Below the pieces are notes generated by a model. That model worked only from the letters and a program-made list of their open reading frames with translations. It did not search any database and was not told where the DNA came from. The position numbers and the translations under genes are program-made. A stretch of 22,177 nucleotides of DNA, the filler included, from Lophium mytilinum (lineage: Eukaryota), in the NCBI GenBank assembly GCA_010093605.1. It is 14 parts of 14 records of this genome, joined end to end, with 100 filler letters (N's around TTAATTAATTAA, not from the genome) between each part and the next. Parts side by side here need not be neighbours in the genome. Positions count along the whole stretch, not along the records: positions 1 to 1,972 come from MU004215.1; positions 2,073 to 3,916 come from MU004216.1; positions 4,017 to 5,852 come from MU004217.1; positions 5,953 to 7,778 come from MU004218.1; positions 7,879 to 9,494 come from MU004220.1; positions 9,595 to 11,123 come from MU004221.1; 8 more parts are not named here. One strand, 5' to 3'. Below are positions 1 through 9,596 of this stretch, one piece after another (the stretch's first letter is position 1; every line of letters starts with the position of its first letter).

Positions 1-1972
1 TATATTTAATATCTAGCTAGTATTTTACCTTCTTATAGGTCTAATTTAGTAGACTCTTCTTAGTAAGCTAAATAATATAGCCTTTAATACTACTAAAATA
101 TAGAGTATTAATACTAGCCTCTCTAGTATAAGTAGTAAATACTATTAATATTTATAGAGTTTTTTCTATTCTAGAAGAGTCTATAAGAATTAGCCTATAC
201 GCTCTACTAGTAAGACCTTAGATAATACTATATATTCTAGCCACCTAGTATAGAGCTATACGCATTTTTAAGTTAGTAGTTATTTCTAGTAGCTTAAAGG
301 TTATATTACTAGAAAAATTCCTATATATTAGAGGTAAACTAAAAAACTATAGTATCTTTTTAAATACTACTACTAAGATATTCTTTATAGAGCTTAATAT
401 TAGAGCTATTATAGTAGTAATATTAATAGTATCTACCTTCTCCGCGTTAGCTATAATTATCTTATTTATATTTATAGAGGGTTTAGTCTTACTAAGACTA
501 TATATATTAAATTTAAGTATAGCTATAATATTAATACTACTAATTACTATATCTTCTATAACTTAAATATTACTAGAGATAGTCTAGCTACTCTTTATAG
601 TAACTATAAGCGTATAGAGTTATTTTTAGGTAGTTAAGTACTAAGTAGTTCTAGGCCTAAGCGCCCTAAGCTACTATATAACCTTATTATAGATAATACT
701 AGGCTAAATAGAATTATATATTAACTTAGTATATAGCTAAATAATATTAAGTATCTATTAGATTAGTTATACTTTCTTCTCTATTTATAGCTTTTATATC
801 TTTTTCTCTACTAGTAGTTTCTACTTTTTTTATTTCTCTTACTTTACTATCTCTTCTAGCTATTTCTACCTCTTTACTTTCTTTTTAGTTATAGTTTTAG
901 CTAGCTCTCTCTTCTTCTATTCTATTTACTTTTTAGCCTTCTCTACTATTACTATATCTACTAGCTCTCTCTCCTTTATCTCTTTTTTCTTTATCTCTTT
1001 TTTCTTTATCTCTTTCTTCTTTATCTCTTTCTTCTTTCTTTCTTTCTCTACTTTTACTGTTTCTACTAGCTCTTTCTTCTTTTTTTCTTTCTCTTCTTTT
1101 ACTATATCTACTAGCTATTTCTACTTCTTTCCTTTATTCTACTCTATAGTAGAATTAACTCTATCTATATTAGCTATATATATATCTAGACTTATAGTTA
1201 AGTTAATAATTATTTTATCTAGAGCGTTAGTAGTAGTAGGTTTAGATAGACTCTTAGCCGCGGTAGCCTTAGACTTACTATAGTGGGGGCGTTTCTTAGC
1301 TAGGCGGATACTAGAGGGCGGGGACTTAAAAAAGTATAGACCTAGCTATATATTAGTTAGTAGTAATATTTAATAATTAATAATAATTAATATATATTTA
1401 GTCTTAAGTTTAGATATTACCTTTTTAATATTAAGGCCCTTTACTATAAAACTAAGCACTATCTCTTTAAATATACTCTTTATTTTCTTTAATAGTATAG
1501 TTAGATAGAAGTTATTCTCTATTAACTTCTAGATTCTATTAACTATAATAACGTGCTCTAGAGAGTTAAAGTCTATAAAAGTTCTATTAATAGCTTCTAG
1601 AAACTTTATAAAGCTATAGTTTTTTAGCTTTAGGCCTTTACTACTAGACCTTATAAAATAGAGAGTAAAAAGGTATCTAGTACTTTTCTACTATAGTAGC
1701 TAGTATATTATAGTAAGGACTATATATAATAGCTAGGGCTTAAATAAAGTATTTTAGATAGTAATATCTAGGGATTTTATTAAAGAGCTAAGGCCTACTA
1801 ATATAACTAACTTTATAGATAAGGCTAACTTAAACTACTTTTACTTTTTATTACTTTTAATAATACTACTCTATATCTTATATTTCTTATAGACTTTATA
1901 CTAGATTAATATTTAATATACTTACTTCTACTTAGCTAATATAGAAGACTTCTTAAATATATAACTCTATAT
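1..1972 (-). pseudogene. RIP-degenerate coding relic of unknown family with a K/E/R-rich region
   Basis: TpA-rich and CpA/TpG-poor. The minus-strand frame from 1678 to 1421 has only one stop (RYLFTLYF...FLEAINRTFIDFNSLEHVII...KGLNIKK) and continues LGLYFFKSPPSSIRLAKKRP below 1345. A purine-rich (minus-strand) K/E-coding tract follows at ~1140-780. No family motif recognised. Confidence 0.4.
976..1035. repeat. 15-bp tandem repeat x4 (TTATCTCTTTYTTCT)
   Basis: Units at 976, 991, 1006 and 1021, inside the CT-rich tract. Confidence 0.9.
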
Positions 1973-2072
1973 NNNNNNNNNNNNNNNNNNNNNNNNNNNN
2001 NNNNNNNNNNNNNNNNTTAATTAATTAANNNNNNNNNNNNNNNNNNNNNNNNNNNNNNNNNNNNNNNNNNNN
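1973..2072. other. Artificial contig-joining linker (N44-TTAATTAATTAA-N44), first of 13
   Basis: The same 100-nt unit occurs at 1973-2072, 3917-4016, 5853-5952, 7779-7878, 9495-9594, 11124-11223, 12686-12785, 14137-14236, 15579-15678, 16995-17094, 18344-18443, 19675-19774 and 20950-21049. The palindromic 12-mer gives stops in all six frames, and the flanking contigs are sorted by size. Confidence 0.98.

Positions 2073-2168
<96 letters not shown>
2073..2168. repeat. (GATA)24 microsatellite at the contig start
   Basis: Perfect GATA x24, truncated by the contig edge. Confidence 0.98.
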
Positions 2169-2174
2169 CATGCA

Positions 2175-2276
2175 TGTTAAGTTTTAAAATAGTATAATTG
2201 TTACATTGTCACATATGATTGGCTTAAAAGCTTTTAAATAGGACAAAACTATAAGCGTTTAAACGTAATATAATAA
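2175..2276 (+). mobile_element. Truncated, more heavily mutated 5' part of the same LTR as 2901-3161
   Basis: Starts TGTTAAG and aligns to 2901-3001. Over 2221-2276 vs 2946-3001 there are 14 differences in 56 nt, all C>T or G>A in this copy. Confidence 0.85.
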
Positions 2277-2900
2277 GGGCGCTGCTAAATGTACACCCTA
2301 TATTTACTCGGTGTACACCCCTTTTCTACTCCGTATACACCCTTCTTATGTCTGATCTTCTGATTGGTCCGGAGGGCTCGGAGGAAGCTCCGGCGCTTAA
2401 TTCTCACGCGCATCTGTATGAAATGGGAAGGCTGTGCAGCCTCACCATTTCATCGTGCATTCTTACAGCTTCCGTGAGGCTATATATATAGGCTAGCTAC
2501 ACGTAAGGCCTCACGTGAGGCCGTGCGTAAGGCCGTAGTCATGGCAAGGCTGTGCAGTATACCTGTTTTACTATGCATACTTCCCGTTTCCTGTGTATAT
2601 AGGCCATTATATTGCTATATACGTGCCTACGCGCCTAGGAGCATGCCAAAACAGTCAAATCCTCACCTTATTACGGCCTCTCCGCATCAAACCTGGCCCC
2701 CCTACATCGCTGCCGCGCCTCCCTGGCTATTCTAATCCATCCACCCCTCTATATACTGCTTGTATAATACCTTCTAATGTTGGAGCTCCTTATAAGAAAG
2801 CAGCGCTGGCGCTGCCTAAGGCCGAGACTGCGGCTTCCTCTAGGCTATTGTATAGCCGTGGCGGGCGCGGCTGGAGGGCCATAGTAAGAGGTGTATTGTG
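2277..2900. mobile_element. GC-richer insert between the two LTR copies, possibly one end of a DNA transposon
   Basis: Homology to the LTR stops abruptly at GGGCGCTGCTAAATGTACACCC. Three TACACCC motifs follow (2291-2343), plus palindromes at 2418-2453 and 2507-2522. No partner terminal repeat is present in the contig, so the class is inference only. Confidence 0.4.
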
Positions 2901-3161
2901 TGTAAGGATTACAATAGCATAAGCGTTATATCCTTACGCATAATAGGCTCAAAAGCCTTCAAACGGGACGAAACCGTGAGCGTTTGAACGTGATACAACG
3001 AACGTTAGATAACGTTACAAGAACGTTAGAGAAACGTTTTATAATGCATTAAATGCTGTATATATACTCTATTGCTGTCAATATAGAATAGAACTTAAGC
3101 AATACAATTCCTATCTATCTATCTATCCATCTATTCTCCCATCGACTCTATACCTTTAACA
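2901..3161 (+). mobile_element. 261-bp long terminal repeat (5' LTR) of a Ty1/copia-type element
   Basis: TG...CA termini with short inverted ends (TGTAAGG ... CCTTTAACA), a TATA-like TATATATA at ~3059-3066, an immediately adjacent primer-binding site, and a second partial copy at 2175-2276. Confidence 0.85.
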
Positions 3162-3173
3162 GGTTATAAGCCT
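3162..3173 (+). promoter_or_regulatory. Primer-binding site, half-tRNA-iMet type (GGTTATAAGCCT)
   Basis: Directly abuts the LTR end. It matches GGTTATGAGCCC, the complement of the initiator tRNA anticodon arm used by Ty5/copia-type (Hemivirus) elements, with two transitions. Confidence 0.8.
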
Positions 3174-3198
3174 GGATCGCACCACGCAATCTACAGCT

Positions 3199-3684
3199 AT
3201 ATAAAGCACTAACGGGCAGGTTCCATCTTAAAATCAACCAGATATCGATCAAAATCATCTAAATCAACGAAATATCGACGAGAATCATCCAAATCGACTA
3301 AATATCGGACGAAAACAACGCCGTTTACCATCTTGTTCACTATTACCAGCATACGAACCTACTACACCACCGTACGAGTGGTTTCAAGCTCAAAACGAAG
3401 CCGAAATAGCCGAAAACGAAGCCGAAATTAAAGAAGAGGACGAAGTTATCAACTATAAACCCGCCATACAACAGCTAGAACGCGATCTGGAATTGCAAAT
3501 CCATCACGAACAAAATTAGACTAAAGAAATTCATATTTACCATTACAAAGCTTCTATAAGCTTATATCACGTCACAAACCACGCAATCAACCTTCTAACC
3601 TCTATTATCTATCACGTATCAAATCCAGATACTCCAGATCAGATTATAACCTTTTATCCTATCATCTTATCCAACATAAGATAA
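3199..3684 (+). pseudogene. Degenerate ORF downstream of the PBS; acidic, not recognisably gag
   Basis: Stop-free from 3232 to 3516 (NQPDIDQNHLNQRNIDENHP...PPYEWFQAQNEAEIAENEAEIKEEDEV...HHEQN). The interrupting TAA/TAG at 3202, 3229 and 3517 and ATA at 3199 are each one transition from CAA/CAG/TGG and ATG. Confidence 0.45.
3231..3320. repeat. 30-bp degenerate tandem repeat x3
   Basis: AAATCAACCAGATATCGATCAAAATCATCT / AAATCAACGAAATATCGACGAGAATCATCC / AAATCGACTAAATATCGGACGAAAACAACG. Confidence 0.85.
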
Positions 3685-3716
3685 AGAAATCAATTAAAAA
3701 TCGAAATATTTCTCTT

Positions 3717-3916
3717 TCTATCTATCTATCTATTCATTAAATACATAGATACATAGAATTCATCTATCTATCTATTCGCCAAATACATAGATAGATAGAA
3801 ATCTATCTATTCAATAAATCTATAGATATATAGAAATCCATCTATTTATCTATTTATCTATCTATCTATTCATCAAATACATAGATACATAGAATCCATC
3901 TATCTATCTATTTAAA
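3717..3916. repeat. Array of (TCTA)n-spacer-(TAGA)n inverted microsatellite units
   Basis: About four units of TCTATCTATTC-nnn-AAAT(AC/CT)ATAGATA(C/G/T)ATAGAA, running to the contig end. Confidence 0.85.
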
Positions 3917-4016
3917 NNNNNNNNNNNNNNNNNNNNNNNNNNNNNNNNNNNNNNNNNNNNTTAATTAATTAANNNNNNNNNNNNNNNNNNNNNNNNNNNN
4001 NNNNNNNNNNNNNNNN

Positions 4017-4700
4017 TACTCCGTGCACCTCTAGAAGGACCTTAGGTAGTTAGATTTATACTATTTTACCTAGAACCTTTATCTATTCCTTCTTCTTTAA
4101 TAGGGCTTTCTTAGTAGTTGCGTCCAGTATATAGGCCTTTACGTCTCCGCTCTAGAGCTTTCTAATACTATAGATCTTTATTATATTAGGCTCTTCTACT
4201 GCTTAGAGTTTATAGGTAATAGTTGCGTTTAAGTCCTTATTTATTACGGCGCGTTTCTTCTTATTCTTAATATATATAGTAATTTTATAGGTAGTCTATA
4301 TTATATACTCTCTATTTTCTATAGTCTTACTATTTCTTTCTGCCGCTATTACTGCTGCGTAGGTTATTCCTTATATAGATAGCGCCTGTACGCCCTTCTA
4401 TATTTTCTCTATTATCTTTATTATCTTCCTCTATAGTGTTTATTATAGGTCCTCCGCAGTGCCTAAGAGGCTAGCTAGTATGCACCCGGCGAAGTTCTAG
4501 AGGTGCTTAAGGGCGTTATTTATCTTAGGGTTAGAGGATATAGGCTTATTCTATAGGGAGTTCTATATACTATAGGCTTCTTTAATAAGCGCTTAGACGT
4601 TAGCGTAGATATTCTACTTAGTTTTTAGTTAGTAGGTTTAGTTTTAGGGTTATTATTAGTGTTATTAGTAGTGTTATTATTATTATTAATAATGCTGCAT
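4017..4700 (-). mobile_element. Tad1-clade LINE ORF1 (gag-like) N-terminal part, RIP-inactivated
   Basis: One frame from ATG at 4700 reads ...GITYAAVIAA (4364-4350)...SIRKL*SGDVKAY (SGDV 4151-4140)...KE*IKVLG...VLLEVHGV (4028-4017). The TYAA, SGD-hydrophobic, W..LG and VHGV motifs, in this order, are typical of fungal Tad1-like ORF1. Confidence 0.8.
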
Positions 4701-5952
4701 AATAGGGGTTATAATGCGTAATTCTACTGCAACGCCGCTAGTATAGCTTATAGAGCTTTAATACTGTATGTAAATATTTATAGGGCCTTAAGTAGCCCCT
4801 AGGGGCCCTTCTTAGATTATATTTCTAAGGTGCTATAAATTTAATTGCATTATGTTTTCTTCTATTACTATATACTAGTCTACCTTATTCTTAACTAGAA
4901 ACTTAAGATTATCTATAATATAGTAATATATAGTTTTATATTCTATATTAAGACTAAATATTATATTTAATCTAGTAATAAGTATACTAAATTTAGGGGC
5001 TAGTATTACTAGTATACTTTTTAGTAGCGTAGATAGTATAAGTTTATATACTAGTATAATGCGGGCGGCCTTACTATCTAGCTACTTTACTAATATTAAC
5101 TTTATTTCTATATGCGCTAAACTATAGTAGTATTTAGAGTATAGTAAAGTTTTATTTTATTTAGTAGGCGGAGTATCTATAGAATTAGAATAATAAGACG
5201 CGTTAATATAATCTTATCTTTTCTTATTATAGTTATATTACTATATAAGTTTTAATATCTACTTATATTCTTCTTTAAGTAGAATATATAAAAGTATCTT
5301 AGAAAACTTCTTTATAATATCTATTATTATAAATTATACTATCCCCCTAATTATCTTTAAGTAGAGAAATCTACCTAGTAGGTCTACTAATCTTATCTTA
5401 GTCTCTATTATAGTATATAGCGTATTATATTTATAGGCGCTAATATTAAGGCTCTATATAAGCTTACTTCTAGAGTCTAGCTTAAGGTTATTAAGTATTA
5501 GAAACTAGCCTTATTTATCTAATAATATAATAGTTTAATAATTCTTAGAGTATAAAAGAAGTAGAAAAGGTAAAGTTAGAATTAGTTTATATACGTATTT
5601 AGATAATAGGGTACTAAAACTAGACTCTTATCGCATCTATATAACTAAATTAGCTACTTTAGTAGTAACTATTTTATAGTAATTAATAGGATATCTATAC
5701 TACTTCTTCTCTTAAGAAGAAACTAAAGCCCCTTTATATTAATAGTAACCTAGTATTTATTAAGTTATTAGTATAAGATCTAGATAGTTTAGTATTAGGC
5801 TAAAAATTCTATATTTTATGCTACTGCCTAATATATTTATATACTTAAGTATNNNNNNNNNNNNNNNNNNNNNNNNNNNNNNNNNNNNNNNNNNNNTTAA
5901 TTAATTAANNNNNNNNNNNNNNNNNNNNNNNNNNNNNNNNNNNNNNNNNNNN

Positions 5953-6229
5953 ATAATAGGTTATAAAAGGGGTTAGATAGGTATCTTATAAAGGCGCGCG
6001 GTCTTTAAATAAAGGAATTAAGAGCCTAATTCTATATTAGAAAGGATCTTAGTAGTAAATAAATTAGATTAGAGAATACTACCTAAAAAGCTAAATTATT
6101 CGCTATTAACTAGCTAGGGCGTAAGAGTAGATATACGCACTATAACTAGCTTAATTTCTTATTCTAAAATAGTAATTCTATCTATAACTACTCTTAATTT
6201 CTTATTATTAAAGACTATTAGAAGTTTTT
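5953..6229 (-). mobile_element. pol: Ty3/gypsy pol 5' end (aspartic protease relic) in the -1 frame relative to gag
   Basis: KILSNIELGS*FLYLKTARLYKIPI*PLL*PI. AAT ATA GAA TTA at 6038-6027 reverts by transitions alone to GAT ACA GGA TCA (DTGS), followed by the usual F-hydrophobic...A...IP..PL..PI pattern. Confidence 0.75.
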
Positions 6230-7778
6230 AGTAGTAACTATTACTAAGAACTAAGTATTTTCTATTATTTTATTATAAGTAGAGCTAGTATAGATAGTGC
6301 TAATATTAACGCTAGTAAGGTTAATTTTATTAGTAAGGCCGCTAACTTTATAAATTAAAATAGGCTATTAGCTAATATATAGAGCGTTGCTATTAGCTAT
6401 ATATCTATACTTAAGATAGTTCTAGTAGCGCCCTAGCTACTTAAGATAAGTAATAGTATAGTAATTATAACTAAAAAGGCCTAGTAAGTTATTTATACTA
6501 GTACTTAAAGTAGTATTACTAGTATTATTCTTAGATATACGCTCTATATTAGTAAGTAGCGGGCGGTAAGGCGTAGTAGAGGTTAATCTAGTACTAGTAG
6601 CTTTATAGGTATTATATATAGACTTAAAAGTATTCTTATTCTTATTCTTATAGTTATCCCTATTTAGCTTAATAATATTAAGCTAGAATTTTAAGGTCTA
6701 GAGGAATGTAATAAAGGTTATTATATTACTATTCTATCTATTAGTAGCTTTATACTTAAGGCTATTAGTAAGATTATACTATATATAGTAGATCTTCTTA
6801 GGGTCTTTAAAGTAGAGAAAGGCTATACTAGTATTAAAGTATTCTACCTAGGTTATAATACGCTTATTTTTCTTCTATATAAACTTACTATTATATAAGT
6901 TAGTACGCGTATTAGCCGCCTTATTAAAGGGTCTATAGACTTTATCTAGATTATTAATTAGTTCTTCTATAGTAAGATATAGCTTATTACTATTAGGTTT
7001 AGTATAATAGAAGATTATATTAAAGGCTTCTCTCTTAAGCCTATTATAAATATATACTATTTAATAGTATATAGTAGTATATAGTAGTATATAGATATCT
7101 AGCTTACTAAGTATCTATATATACTACTACTAGTAGAATAGCTTATTCTTATTACTACTACTAAACTTATCTAGATTAAAGTAGTAATATATTACTATAT
7201 ATGCGCCGGGGTTCTAAATAGATATAAATAGAGTAGTAGACTTACTCTTAATAGAGTTAAACTATAGAGGCTAGCTAACTAGGTATTAATAAAGTAGAAC
7301 TATAGGTATAGAAGAATAAGTACTATTATTATCTAAATTATAGTTAGAGTCTAGAGGCTATAGATATATAGCCCTTTAATATAGCTATTATTTAAGCTCT
7401 TTAATATAGGTAGTAAGCTATTTATATAATTTCTTAATTATATAATATTAGCTACGCTAGTAATTATAGTATAGGCGTATCTAGTTAAGCTTTTAGTTAG
7501 CCTAATAACTACTTATAATATACTAGTACTACTTAGTATAATAGGCCTCTAATTTTTATTCTACTATAGTAGTATTATTAGAGGTATTCTATTTATACTT
7601 CTAGTATTTATTCTAGAGGTTATTATAGAGCTTATTCTTTTTATTAGCTTTTTTAAAGCCTACTTTATACTCTATATAGAGCTTCTAGAAGAATTTCTAC
7701 TATACTAGATTATTTTTATTTACTATAGTAGTAAACTCTATCTTATTAGTAACTATAGTATTAATAGTTATAGTACTA
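6218..7778 (-). mobile_element. gag: Ty3/gypsy gag relic, RIP-inactivated
   Basis: Reads LDKFSSS...F.***...KL...YIYNRLKREAF...YLTIEELINNLDKVYRPFNKAANTR (de-RIP PDKFSG..W..KL..R..GEA..DDLDKVYGP..AR). A zinc-knuckle remnant RY*NYLKYRY (=RCWNCLKxGH) lies at 6430-6401. The frame ends AAA AAC TTC TAA at 6229-6218. Confidence 0.8.
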
Positions 7779-7878
7779 NNNNNNNNNNNNNNNNNNNNNN
7801 NNNNNNNNNNNNNNNNNNNNNNTTAATTAATTAANNNNNNNNNNNNNNNNNNNNNNNNNNNNNNNNNNNNNNNNNNNN

Positions 7879-9494
7879 TATATTTCTAATATATATAATA
7901 GTATTATATACCCTCTAGTATATAATTACTATTATATAACTAGGCTTAGCGCTAGCCTTACCTACCTCTTAGCTAGCGCTCCGCGCTCTTCTCTTTTTCT
8001 TATAGCTACTTTATCTATATATACTAATATTAGGTCTTCTTCTATAATCTACTATTATACTATAATACTACTATAGATTCTAATTAGCCTATTAGTAATA
8101 TCTAGATTAATAGTAGTTTAGTCTCTACTATAAATAATTAAGTATCTACTTAGCCTAGTAGAGAAGTATAAAGGTAGGCTATTTTTCTTATAGTTACTAT
8201 CTATATATTCTAGAGTATAGATAAATTCTACTACTAGAGTTAAGACTATAGTTAAAAATAATAGTATAGAAATAGTAGATTCTCTAGATATATAGAGTTC
8301 TAGGCCTTAATAGTATATACTAGTAGAGTAGTAGTAATACTTCTTTTAAAGGGCTAGTAGTAGAGATATTACTATAATAGCTACTAGAACTTAGTATATA
8401 TATCTAGAAATAAAGGTAGTATATTTAGTATTCTCTATAGTATCTATAGCTTCTATAGTATTAAGTATACTCTCTATTTACTCTATAGTATCTCTAGTAT
8501 CTCTACTATATATAGCCTCTATATAAGGGCTTTAAAGAAAAGTAGCCTAGCTTAGCTAAAAAAAAGTAGAGTAGGCCTAAAAGCGCTTAGAGCTTATAGA
8601 ATAGGCCTAAGAGGGCTTAGGGCTTAAGAAGTAGTTAATAAAATACTTAGTTAGCTACTTAGAAGTTATAGTAGAGCAGGGACTAAGCTATATAGAGGTT
8701 ATTTTAGTATAAATTATACTAATTATAGAGTATAGAAGTAAAGTAGATATTCTCTAAAATATAGAAAAAAACTATAGTTATATATTAGAACGCGTAGGGG
8801 TATAGTAGTGCGTAATAATATAAAAATAATATAAGATAAGGTAATAGCGGCGTAATATAATATAATAATAATATAATATAATATATAATAAGGTAATTAT
8901 AATATAATATAATATATATAGAGGCTAGCTAGTTAGTAGAGTTAGTAGCATTTCTATAGTTAGCGGCATCTCTATAGTTAGCGGAATTCCTATAATTAGT
9001 AGTATTTTTATAGTTAGTAATAACCTTATTATTATTATAGGTAGCTTAGTATAGTAGTTTCTTAGGGGAAAATACTACCTAAGAGTTTTTATATATTACT
9101 AGGCCCTATATAGTATATATTACTAGGCTATATATAGATTAGATAATAATTATAGTTAGTAATAATAGTAATTTTTTATTCTAGTATTTTATATATAATA
9201 GAGTTAATATAGTCTTCTCTATTATTCTAGTTATTAGTTAGGTAACCTCTATTAGGTTTAATATAGAACCTATAGTCTAGTAGCTATTATTTAAATATAC
9301 TATTATATAGAAGGTTTAGTATAAAAAGAATATTAGTAATAACTAGAAGGCTAGAGATATTTATACTATTATAGACCTAGAGTTATATAGTACTAATATA
9401 TATTATAATCTAGTTTTTAGTATTATTTTTATATAGAGTAATTTATATTTCTAGCTATTAGAAGTTAACTAGATAGTTATAGTATTCTATAGTA
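7879..9494. mobile_element. Unclassified RIP-degenerate repeat
   Basis: RIP-type dinucleotide bias. Internal 30-bp duplication (8568-8596 / 8598-8626) and an AATAT-rich tract at ~8810-8920. No protein motif recognised. Confidence 0.45.
8941..9012. repeat. 18-bp tandem repeat x4 (GTTAGCGGCATYTCTATA-like)
   Basis: Units at 8941, 8959, 8977 and 8995; most differences are transitions. Confidence 0.85.
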
Positions 9495-9596
9495 NNNNNN
9501 NNNNNNNNNNNNNNNNNNNNNNNNNNNNNNNNNNNNNNTTAATTAATTAANNNNNNNNNNNNNNNNNNNNNNNNNNNNNNNNNNNNNNNNNNNNTA

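Noticed and set aside
2523..2922. ORF-track ORFs of 70 and 109 aa
   Set aside because: Overlapping, GTG-started, no recognisable motif, and the longer one runs into the LTR; likely chance ORFs in GC-richer sequence.
2073..3135. (GATA)n and (CTAT)n as inverted termini of a single element
   Set aside because: The CTAT tract lies inside the 2901-3161 LTR, and the sequences internal to the two tracts do not form a convincing inverted repeat.
4701..5852. A protein domain in the remainder of contig 3
   Set aside because: RIP-degenerate with stop-poor stretches on the minus strand, but no motif I could assign.
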